64,000 nucleotides of DNA, taken from contig JAGVLN010000006.1 in NCBI GenBank assembly GCA_020049805.1, positions 1,002 through 65,001 of the forward strand, given 5' to 3'. The position numbers were made by a program, and so were the translations under genes. The notes beneath the pieces are model-generated. The model made no database searches. It was not told the DNA's origin and saw nothing but the letters and a program-made list of their open reading frames with translations. Of the stretch, positions 1 to 7,970 are shown one piece after another; the first letter of the stretch is position 1; each line of letters begins with the position of its first letter. The DNA is from Rickettsiales bacterium. GTDB taxonomy: Bacteria > Pseudomonadota > Alphaproteobacteria > Rickettsiales > JABSSG01.

Positions 1-36
1 ATAGTATTATTTTAGTTACATATTAAAGAGGTTCTT

Positions 37-1440
37 ATGAGTCGCTTACGCAAAACTTTAAAAGACAAAAAATTTGGATCATTTCCTGCAAATTTTAATC
101 TAGCCACTGATCTAAATAGTAATACAGGTTATTTTTTTGATATTACAAATAACAATCTTCAAGGAGAACACCCTGGAATGATTTTAGGGTTTACACTTAA
201 TGGTAGACCGGCAGTAGTAATAGGTAATGTACACGCAAATGATTATGCTGGACAAAGTTATTTTTATTATACCGATGCACAACTTCCTTTTATTATTAAT
301 CCAACTACCTATCTAAATGGCCAAACCGGTTTTACTTTTAACGGTACTAATATTGATGGAACCAGCGGCGTAGGGACTTCATTTACATATATTCCTAACT
401 TTAGCGGTGGCAGACCAGTTCTTGTTATTGGTGCTGCTAACCAACTTTTTTGCCTATATACTGACAACGGAAATTTCCCTCAATATATCACAGAAGATTT
501 TTTCGATGGCACAAATGGTTTTGTTTTAACTAATTTAGGTTGTGGTAGCGATACTCAAGTTATTACTTCTGATATAAATAATGATGGTAAGCCAGATCTA
601 ATCGTTGGTGGTGGTAGAAATACATTAGTTACTTATGCAAGTTCAACAGCATTTGCAGCAAGTACTAATATAAATGAATTATTAAATGGAATTGCTGGTT
701 TTGCTATCTTTATTCCTGACGGTCCTAATGATCCTGCATTGGGAAGTAGAAATTGTAATGGAGCTGAATTATTAATTGGAAATCCTTTAGCTTTAGATGG
801 TAATGGGCAAGTTTATGGCCTTCTTGCGCAACCAAACTTTCCAGCTAATTTTTATGTGCCTGATAATATAACAGCTTTAAATGGATATATAATTAATGGC
901 ACTACTAATTCTCAAGCTGGTGGAGTAGTGGCAGGAATACCAAATTTAGCTGCTAATGATAATTGCGATGCTATTGCTATAGCTGTAGATGGCCAAGATA
1001 ATGAATTATTATTTTTAGTATTTGGCCCGGCACCATTCGTAGCTAATATTTTAAATAACCCAGATGGAACAAACTCAGCTGTAGTATTAGGTAACGCTAT
1101 GGGTGCTTTTTCTTTTTGCGCTGTTCCAGGTAACCCAAATAACAATGGTTATAATTCCTTGTTTTTTGGACTTCCAGATGGTCCGTTTAGCCTTCAGGGT
1201 GGTATATTATATGGTCAACAAGATGCCTTTAATGGTACTATTTATGTAAATAACTTTAATGGCCAAAATGGTGCTATTATTAGCGGTAATCAAACTATCA
1301 GTGAATGTGGTGTAGCAGTAGCTAGCGTTATGACTGATACCACACCTACCCTTGCTATTAGTAACCCTGAAGGTGGATTTTATTTCTTATATTTCCCAAC
1401 TTTACCAGGTGAAGTTGCAGATCAAACAGATGTAGCCTAA
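37..1440 (+). CDS. FG-GAP/VCBS-type repeat beta-propeller protein (integrin-alpha-like), probable surface or secreted protein
   Basis: 467-aa ORF with an AAAGAGG Shine-Dalgarno-like element 5 nt before the ATG. Six reiterations of an (L/F/P)-(N/D)-G-x-(N/T/A)-(G/S) module: LNGQTGFTFNG, FDGTNGFVLTN, LNGIAGFAIF, LNGYIINGT, PDGTNSAVVLGN, FNGQNGAIISGN. Also a Ca-binding-type DINNDGKPDLIVGG motif typical of FG-GAP repeats. No clear Sec signal peptide. Confidence 0.6.
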   Translation: MSRLRKTLKDKKFGSFPANFNLATDLNSNTGYFFDITNNNLQGEHPGMILGFTLNGRPAVVIGNVHANDYAGQSYFYYTDAQLPFIINPTTYLNGQTGFTFNGTNIDGTSGVGTSFTYIPNFSGGRPVLVIGAANQLFCLYTDNGNFPQYITEDFFDGTNGFVLTNLGCGSDTQVITSDINNDGKPDLIVGGGRNTLVTYASSTAFAASTNINELLNGIAGFAIFIPDGPNDPALGSRNCNGAELLIGNPLALDGNGQVYGLLAQPNFPANFYVPDNITALNGYIINGTTNSQAGGVVAGIPNLAANDNCDAIAIAVDGQDNELLFLVFGPAPFVANILNNPDGTNSAVVLGNAMGAFSFCAVPGNPNNNGYNSLFFGLPDGPFSLQGGILYGQQDAFNGTIYVNNFNGQNGAIISGNQTISECGVAVASVMTDTTPTLAISNPEGGFYFLYFPTLPGEVADQTDVA

Positions 1441-1455
1441 TAACCCAACCTCTTC

Positions 1456-1493
1456 AAAAGCCCCGGTTTGCCTAGTGCAGCTGGGGCTTTTCT
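1456..1493 (+). terminator. Rho-independent terminator of the FG-GAP gene
   Basis: GC-rich hairpin AAAAGCCCCGG-N14-CTGGGGCTTTT followed by a T-rich tract, 16 nt after the stop at 1440. Confidence 0.6.
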
Positions 1494-1524
1494 ATTTATA
1501 TTTAAAATAATTATCAATTTATGC

Positions 1525-1553
1525 TTGATTCCATTTCCATATAGTCCTACTAT
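1525..1553 (+). promoter_or_regulatory. Candidate sigma70-type promoter for the 1602 gene
   Basis: TTGATT-N17-TACTAT hexamers about 50 nt upstream of the 1602 ATG. AT-rich background makes chance matches likely. Confidence 0.3.
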
Positions 1554-1601
1554 TAAACTGTTAAACAGAAGTTAACTTAACTTAAGAAAGGGAGGTTTAC
1601 T

Positions 1602-2096
1602 ATGACTACAATCAATAAAGAAATCCAAGAATTCGTACAAGAAACTTTAAAAATCAACGGTTTAATAGCCGCTGAACAACTTTCTGCCCTTGCTACACAA
1701 GCATTTGGAGAAAAAGGAGAGGTTCTTAATATCCCCCAAGATAAAAAAGAACATTTCACCGAGTTATTAAACGAATTAAATAAAGAATTAACAGCTGCAA
1801 GAGAAGCTCACGAAGCATATACTGAAGAAGCAGAAGGCTACAAAACCTTAACCAAACCATTCACAAATATATTTAATTATATATCAGAAAATATGCATAG
1901 TAATCGTGCCAAAGAGCTAGCTACTGAAGCAGCAAAATTATTTTTGAAAACAGAAGCTACTCAATTAATAAAAGCTGCTTTCACTGAAGAAGGAGCTAAA
2001 AAAATTAAAAATTTAGCTTCAGCAGCCAAAGATAAATTATCTAACACAGCACATGATGCTAAAAAGAAAACTCATAAATTAAAAGAGTTAGCTTAA
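1602..2096 (+). CDS. Hypothetical all-helical Lys/Glu/Ala-rich protein
   Basis: 164-aa ORF preceded by the strongest SD in the window (GGGAGG, 6 nt before the ATG). No family recognised. Amphipathic, low-complexity helical composition with a lysine-rich C-terminus (AKKKTHKLKELA). Confidence 0.55.
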   Translation: MTTINKEIQEFVQETLKINGLIAAEQLSALATQAFGEKGEVLNIPQDKKEHFTELLNELNKELTAAREAHEAYTEEAEGYKTLTKPFTNIFNYISENMHSNRAKELATEAAKLFLKTEATQLIKAAFTEEGAKKIKNLASAAKDKLSNTAHDAKKKTHKLKELA

Positions 2097-2105
2097 ATTA
2101 TATTG

Positions 2106-2187
2106 AAATTGATAGTTAAAATTATTGTAGCTTATTAGTACTTGGTTATGATATAAAATAAGCCACTAATATTTTAACTATCAATTT
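2106..2187. repeat. Long inverted repeat / extended hairpin between two genes
   Basis: A perfect 17-bp arm, AAATTGATAGTTAAAAT (2106-2122), pairs with ATTTTAACTATCAATTT (2171-2187). An inner 7-bp pair is GCTTATT (2130-2136) / AATAAGC (2157-2163). The 3' arm runs into a T-tract that ends 3 nt before the ATG at 2190. Confidence 0.6.
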
Positions 2188-2189
2188 TT

Positions 2190-2486
2190 ATGAACAGCTT
2201 GAAAAATAACTATTACAAAACCCATATCTTTATTTGCACAAATGTAAAAGAGAGCGGTAAATGTTGTGGTAAAGAGCCTATTGCTAAACAAACCGTCTCC
2301 CAGCTCAAAAAACAAGTTAAAGAATTAGATGTAGGTGGTGAAGGCAATATTCGTATTTCATCTTCAGGATGTATGGGCAGATGCAGCGAAGGCCCAGTTG
2401 CTGTATCTTATCCAACCGCAACCTGGTATAATCTACTTTCTTCGGATGATTTAAAAAATTTATTTAACTTAATTACACCTAAATAA
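2190..2486 (+). CDS. Thioredoxin-like [2Fe-2S] ferredoxin domain protein
   Basis: 98 aa. HIFICTN...GKCCG and SSGCMGRCSEGPVAVSYP cysteine motifs are characteristic of the small thioredoxin-fold 2Fe-2S ferredoxin family. Confidence 0.7.
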   Translation: MNSLKNNYYKTHIFICTNVKESGKCCGKEPIAKQTVSQLKKQVKELDVGGEGNIRISSSGCMGRCSEGPVAVSYPTATWYNLLSSDDLKNLFNLITPK

Positions 2487-3363
2487 CTTTCTTATTTTTC
2501 TTATCAAACTGAATTAATAAAGCGCCACCTAGAATAATAACTGCCCCTACTAACTGACATAAAGTCAATTTTTCATCTAACAATATTACTCCAAAAATTA
2601 CTACACCAACTGGCTCTAATACTGATAAAATCGATGCCTTGGTAGGAGAAATAAATTTCAAAGCTTCTAATAAAAACAATATTGGTAGAGCTGTCGAAAC
2701 TAATCCTATGCCAATTACAAACCAAATATTTTGTTCAACTGGTAAAGCAACAGTTTGATTAAATAATGAAATAATAAAAAATAATAAACAACTGCCACTC
2801 GTAACTAATAAAGAAGAAACCAAAGGTGGCAAATCATTTTTTTGTTTACGATTTATAAAAATATAAAACGCATAGCTTAAAGCTGAAACTGTAGCCCAAA
2901 ATATCCCAAAGAAATTAAAATTTAACTTTTGATCATCATTTAATATAGCCATACCAATTATGATTATAAATATCGATATGTAGCAAATTTTAGTAATTTT
3001 TTGTTTTCCAAAATACCAATCTAATAAAACTACTGCTACAGGATAGGTAAAACATATTACCATAGCTAAGCCAGTGCTAATATACTGAACAGCTAAAAAA
3101 TATGTACCAGCAGAACCACTATAAAAAATTGAATTAATAATTGAAACCCTGATTAAGTCTTTTTCTAGCTTTATATTTCTTAAAACAAATATTGATATTG
3201 CAACCAAGAAAATTGTTGCAATGAGAAAACGCCAAAAAAGCATATTTGAAATTGAGAAGTCAAACTCCATTATATTTTTACCAAAATATCCTAACAAACC
3301 GTAAAGTAAGCCAGAAGTAATTGCGTAAAACCCCCCTTTTCCCTCCTTTGACAAAATTTTCAT
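2479..3363 (-). CDS. EamA/DMT-superfamily transporter
   Basis: 294 aa with about ten hydrophobic segments in two similar halves, the typical EamA architecture. Last gene of a co-oriented string with pip and the DAO-like gene. Confidence 0.75.
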   Translation of the reverse strand: MKILSKEGKGGFYAITSGLLYGLLGYFGKNIMEFDFSISNMLFWRFLIATIFLVAISIFVLRNIKLEKDLIRVSIINSIFYSGSAGTYFLAVQYISTGLAMVICFTYPVAVVLLDWYFGKQKITKICYISIFIIIIGMAILNDDQKLNFNFFGIFWATVSALSYAFYIFINRKQKNDLPPLVSSLLVTSGSCLLFFIISLFNQTVALPVEQNIWFVIGIGLVSTALPILFLLEALKFISPTKASILSVLEPVGVVIFGVILLDEKLTLCQLVGAVIILGGALLIQFDKKNKKVI

Positions 3364-3380
3364 TTAACTTCCTTAAATAT

Positions 3381-4391
3381 TTAATTTTTCAGCTTTTCTG
3401 TAGCAACAACCAAAGCTTTAGCAATTCCATGGTCCACAGATGAATGACCTGCATCTGGTACTAAAATGAATTCTGATCCAGACCAATTTTTGTGTAGTTC
3501 ATAAGCTGAACTTACTCTAAGGATTACATCATACCTACCATGCACAATAATTGCTGGCAAATGTTTAATTTTAGCTAAATTATCTAGAATTTGGTTTTCC
3601 TCAAAAAAGAACTTATGCATGCTATAATGAGCAAATAATCGCGCACAACCTAGTACTAATATATCATTTTTCAAAATTTGTTCTATAATTTGAGCATTAG
3701 GTAATAAAAATGATGCAGTAAAATCATATTTTATAAAAGCACGAGCCGCCGCCATATGAATTTCTGCATTAGGATCCATAAGGCGCTTATAATATGATTT
3801 TATTAAATCTCTTCTTTCATTTAATGGCAGAAAGCAGGAAAATTCATCCCAAACTTCTGGAAAAATATCTTTCATACCATACCAAACTTGCTGAAACTCA
3901 CTTTCTTTCCCTAAGAATATCCCACGTAAAATAAATCCTAAACAACTATTCGGGTACGCTTCACCATAAGTCATCGCAAGCGCACTGCCCCATGATCCTC
4001 CAAAAATTAGCCATTTATCAATTTTTAGATGTTCACGTAAATTTTCTATGTCCTCGATTAAATCTTGGGTAGTATTTCCTTCAACCTCACCGAATGGTTT
4101 TGAACGACCACAACCTCTTTGATCAAAAAGTATAATTCTATAATGCTCAGGATCAAAAAATCTTGCACTATCAGGACTACACCCCCCTCCTGGCCCTCCA
4201 TGCAGGAAAACTACAGGCTTACCACTAGGATTACCATATTCACTATACCATATCTCATGTAACTCGGATACTCTTAGATAGCCTTCATTATAGGCCTCTA
4301 ATTTTGGAAATAAAATTTGATCTAATGTAAACTTAAGCTCATAAACTGAGTCTTGAATAATCATAAAATAATTATCTGTAATATTAGACAT
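3381..4391 (-). CDS. pip: Proline iminopeptidase (prolyl aminopeptidase, alpha/beta hydrolase)
   Basis: VVFLHGGPGGG oxyanion motif, GGSWGS nucleophile elbow, IVHGRYDV and GHS catalytic His context. Collinear with bacterial Pip over the full length. Confidence 0.88.
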   Translation of the reverse strand: MSNITDNYFMIIQDSVYELKFTLDQILFPKLEAYNEGYLRVSELHEIWYSEYGNPSGKPVVFLHGGPGGGCSPDSARFFDPEHYRIILFDQRGCGRSKPFGEVEGNTTQDLIEDIENLREHLKIDKWLIFGGSWGSALAMTYGEAYPNSCLGFILRGIFLGKESEFQQVWYGMKDIFPEVWDEFSCFLPLNERRDLIKSYYKRLMDPNAEIHMAAARAFIKYDFTASFLLPNAQIIEQILKNDILVLGCARLFAHYSMHKFFFEENQILDNLAKIKHLPAIIVHGRYDVILRVSSAYELHKNWSGSEFILVPDAGHSSVDHGIAKALVVATEKLKN

Positions 4392-4426
4392 AACTCTCCT
4401 CTTAATAAAACCAATATCAAAATTAG

Positions 4427-5527
4427 TTAAATTCCATAAAATTTTTTTGCATTATCAATAATATTATCAAACTCCTCTTCATTAGGAGTTGTATCATTTG
4501 CTCCCCAAATAAATGTGCCTCCTATAACACCTATATCGTTCCCACACTCTTTATTATTTTTTTTAGGAAAAATATAAAAAGCGCGTTTACATTTTTGATT
4601 ATGTTTATTTTCTTCTTCATTCAAATAAACTAACAAGGTGTAATTAAGATCTTTAGGCTTTTGGTTTTTCAAAGTAATCAAATGACCTTGCACTGGAATT
4701 AGCTTTTCATCGTTGTTTAATAAATGAGAGCCAAAACCACTACAGTTAATAATAAATTTTGAATCAACATCTTTAAAACTTGTAACTTTTTTCTTAGAGA
4801 ATTTTATTCGAGATTTTAAATATTTAGTTAAAGCTTTAATCATATATGATGTATTCAAAAAGATACTATCATCATAGACAACCATTTGTCTAGTCGTACC
4901 ATTACCGAAATCTAAAATAACATCTCTAGCTGGTTTAAGAACGATATCTACATATGATTCTAATTGAGACTCTTGACGCGATCTAAAGTAAGCAGGTAAA
5001 ACCACTACTCCTTCCTTAAAAATTGGATATTTATTTTCAGCAATATCCAAATAAAACTTGTAACTATCAATGCCAATCTTATTAATTATTTTTTGAAGGG
5101 ATTGATCATTATTCATTGAAATTGGACAAAGCAGGCCTCCTGCATTCAAAGATGCTATATCCTTAAATCGTTCTGCTAAAATGATAACATTTTCATAACC
5201 ACGTTGAACAAGTTTATATGCAATAAATAATCCTATAATGCCTGCTCCAATAATAGTAATTGAAGATTTTTTATTTAGATTTTTAGAATAAGAAGCAGAT
5301 TCTAATAAATCAATAACATACACGGCAGACCCTGGTGCAAGAGTCCACCCCCCTCCTCCATGACCATAATTATGAGCTATAACCTTATCACCTATTTCTT
5401 CAATACTCATATTGGGTGAACCACGCCTTAAAGGACGGTAACATATAATTTTCTTGTCTAAATGAATATCATTTAATTTAGGAGGAGTAATTTTTATTCG
5501 TTCGTGTTTTGACTTATTTTCTATCAT
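4427..5527 (-). CDS. FAD-dependent oxidoreductase of the D-amino-acid oxidase (DAO) family, circularly permuted
   Basis: 366 aa. The [10 protein letters not shown] motif, normally C-terminal, lies at about aa 52-61 and precedes the Rossmann [15 protein letters not shown] at about aa 92. NCSGFGS and PVQGHLI motifs follow. The protein ends at the IGGTFIWG...[12 protein letters not shown] segment. Confidence 0.7.
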   Translation of the reverse strand: [366 protein letters not shown]

Positions 5528-5681
5528 AAGATTAGACTTATTTAGTATTAATCACTTAAATAAGTCTTTAACCATTATTTTAAATATCATCAACATAAAA
5601 ATGGCAATACATCAAAAATAAAGAGGCATTAGTATCAATGTCCCATTATGGAAAATAGCACGTATAAAATCTTATTTTTTA

Positions 5682-6365
5682 TTAATTTTCTATTTTAGCA
5701 ATCAAAGATGTGGGCTGGAGATTATCGAATATAGCGTGGTTATAAGCATCATTCCAAAAATGCCACTCAAGACATGTGCTTCTATAAAATGCTTCAATCA
5801 TTTTTTCTTTTATCTTGTCAGTTGCATCCTTAGCTAAAGCATCAAAAATATTAATACATTCATCAACAGTAGCACAAAAATCTTTACTAGAATAAGTCTC
5901 AATCCATCGCTCATAAGGATTATACCTTATTGATCTCTCGTTTATAAATAAACCCACCTCTCTATAAACCCAAAAACATGGTAAAATCGCTGCAACTCCT
6001 ATCTCTACCTGTTCAATCAAACAAATCCGTGCTAAATAACTAGTATAACTTAATGTTGCCGGCGTAATTAGCTTAGTTTCTTGGAAATTAAAAATTTGTT
6101 TGAAAAATTGATGCACCACTTCCTGTTCTTGATAAGCAGATTCGGAATAACATAAAAATTTTTTTGCATAATTAGGTGATATCTTAGCAGCTATAATAGC
6201 GAGACACCTTGCAAAATCTTGCAAATAAATGTAATCCTGTTCAATATAATAAGCAAATTTACTTCGATCCAAAGTTCCTTTCATTAACTGCTGATTAAAT
6301 GCATGACTTTTGATCTCATTTATGATCCTAGATGAAAACTCCCAAGCTGTAACAGATAATTTCAT
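5682..6365 (-). CDS. tenA: Thiaminase II / aminopyrimidine aminohydrolase (TenA family)
   Basis: 227 aa helical-bundle family signature (FAYYIEQDYIYLQDF) with a conserved Cys context (LPCFWVYREVG). Last gene of the thi operon. Confidence 0.85.
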   Translation of the reverse strand: MKLSVTAWEFSSRIINEIKSHAFNQQLMKGTLDRSKFAYYIEQDYIYLQDFARCLAIIAAKISPNYAKKFLCYSESAYQEQEVVHQFFKQIFNFQETKLITPATLSYTSYLARICLIEQVEIGVAAILPCFWVYREVGLFINERSIRYNPYERWIETYSSKDFCATVDECINIFDALAKDATDKIKEKMIEAFYRSTCLEWHFWNDAYNHAIFDNLQPTSLIAKIEN

Positions 6366-6369
6366 ATAT

Positions 6370-7185
6370 TTAATCTTCCATTATTTTATTTATTGTTGGC
6401 CAAATATGGTAAAAATGATTAACCGGACCTTTACCTCTCCCCACTGATATCTCTTGCGTTGCCTTCATTGCATTCCATAAATAACTTTTAGCAATCTGGC
6501 ATGATTTAATCAGAGGAAAGCCTAGAGCAATAGATGAGCAAATGGCTGCAGATAATGTACATCCTGTACCATGGGTATTTTTAGAATTAATGCGCTCTGC
6601 TTTTAGCCAAATTTTATTACCATCATTATCTAAAAAGAAATCATTTGAATATGCACTATTTGCATGACCTCCTTTAAGTAGCACCGCCTTAGACCCTAAC
6701 TTTAGAAGTAATTCTCCAAGTTTTTCAACATCACTTAAAGTTGTTGTAAGTCTATAAGCTTCTGGAAGGTTTGGAGTTATTATAGTTGTAATAGGAATAA
6801 GCTTATTTTTTAAAGTTTCAATAGCACCAGGCAAAAGTAATGGATCACCACTTTTGGCAACCATTACAGGATCAAGGATAATAGGTATGTTATAAGCATA
6901 TTTTTCTAGAAAATTTGCCACTAACTTTATAATTGGAGCTGAGAACAACATGCCAATTTTAATAGAATCTGGAATAATATCATCGAAAATTGTTTCTAAT
7001 TGTTCTTCGATGCATTTTAAAGGAATATCATAACAACTTCTAACACCGCATGTATTTTGTACTGGAATTGCAGTAAGCACTGACATACCATAACACCCAA
7101 ATGCTGAGAATGTTTTGAGATCAGCTTGAATTCCCGCCCCACCCGAACCATCAAATCCTGCAATAGATAAACATTTATGCTTCAT
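6370..7185 (-). CDS. thiD: Hydroxymethylpyrimidine/phosphomethylpyrimidine kinase
   Basis: GFDGSGGAGIQADLKT, DPVMVAKSGD and HGTGCTLSAAI motifs of ThiD. 4-nt overlap with thiM. Confidence 0.9.
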   Translation of the reverse strand: MKHKCLSIAGFDGSGGAGIQADLKTFSAFGCYGMSVLTAIPVQNTCGVRSCYDIPLKCIEEQLETIFDDIIPDSIKIGMLFSAPIIKLVANFLEKYAYNIPIILDPVMVAKSGDPLLLPGAIETLKNKLIPITTIITPNLPEAYRLTTTLSDVEKLGELLLKLGSKAVLLKGGHANSAYSNDFFLDNDGNKIWLKAERINSKNTHGTGCTLSAAICSSIALGFPLIKSCQIAKSYLWNAMKATQEISVGRGKGPVNHFYHIWPTINKIMED

Positions 7186-7970
7186 TGTAACTCCTTCATC
7201 TTTTCAAAATCTGGACTATATAATTCGTCAATGAAGTTAAGCCGAAATGTTCCTGGCTTATTAGTTTTTAAATGCGTTAAATTTCCGCATAATCCAAAAT
7301 AAGATGTGGCAAGCATAGCTGAGCTAAACGAATCTGAAGTAACAGCTCTAAATGCAGCAATTACAGCAGTTAAAGAGCAGCCCATACCAGTAATTAGAGG
7401 CATAACAGATGAGCCAAATTTTAAACATTTATGTTTAAACTCATCTACAATAAAATCTATTTCACCACTTATTACTACGGTGCATTGAAGAGATTTTGCA
7501 ATACTACATGCCGTATCTTTTGCATTATCTACAGAATGGGTTGATTCAACACCAAGTGTACGAGACTCTTTTTCTAAAAGCGCTATGATTTCACTAGCGT
7601 TTCCTCTTATAATATCTGCAAACATCATTAAATCTTTTGCAGTTTTAGTACGCACTAAGCTTGCACCAGCACCTACTGGATCAAGAATTATAGGCTTATT
7701 ATATTGTTGTGCTAAGTTAGCTGCTATTTGACATTTTTCAATAAAAGGATAATCTAATGTACCAATATTTAAGTATAAGGCGCTACTGATTTTTATCAAT
7801 TCTTCAATTTCACTTGCTTCACAAGACATTATTGGTGCAGCACCAATGGCAAGTAAACTATTTGCTACAAAATCCATTGTAACATAATTTGTAAGACAAA
7901 AAATAACTGGTTTAGATTTCCTAATCTGTATCAATACTTGTTCTATTTGATCAATCATAATTTTTACCAT
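7182..7970 (-). CDS. thiM: Hydroxyethylthiazole kinase
   Basis: LTNYVTMDFVANSLLAIGAAPIMS, ILDPVGAGAS, IRGNASEI and TGMGCSLTAVIAAF motifs of ThiM. The start may be the internal Met at 7958. Confidence 0.9.
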   Translation of the reverse strand: MVKIMIDQIEQVLIQIRKSKPVIFCLTNYVTMDFVANSLLAIGAAPIMSCEASEIEELIKISSALYLNIGTLDYPFIEKCQIAANLAQQYNKPIILDPVGAGASLVRTKTAKDLMMFADIIRGNASEIIALLEKESRTLGVESTHSVDNAKDTACSIAKSLQCTVVISGEIDFIVDEFKHKCLKFGSSVMPLITGMGCSLTAVIAAFRAVTSDSFSSAMLATSYFGLCGNLTHLKTNKPGTFRLNFIDELYSPDFEKMKELQ

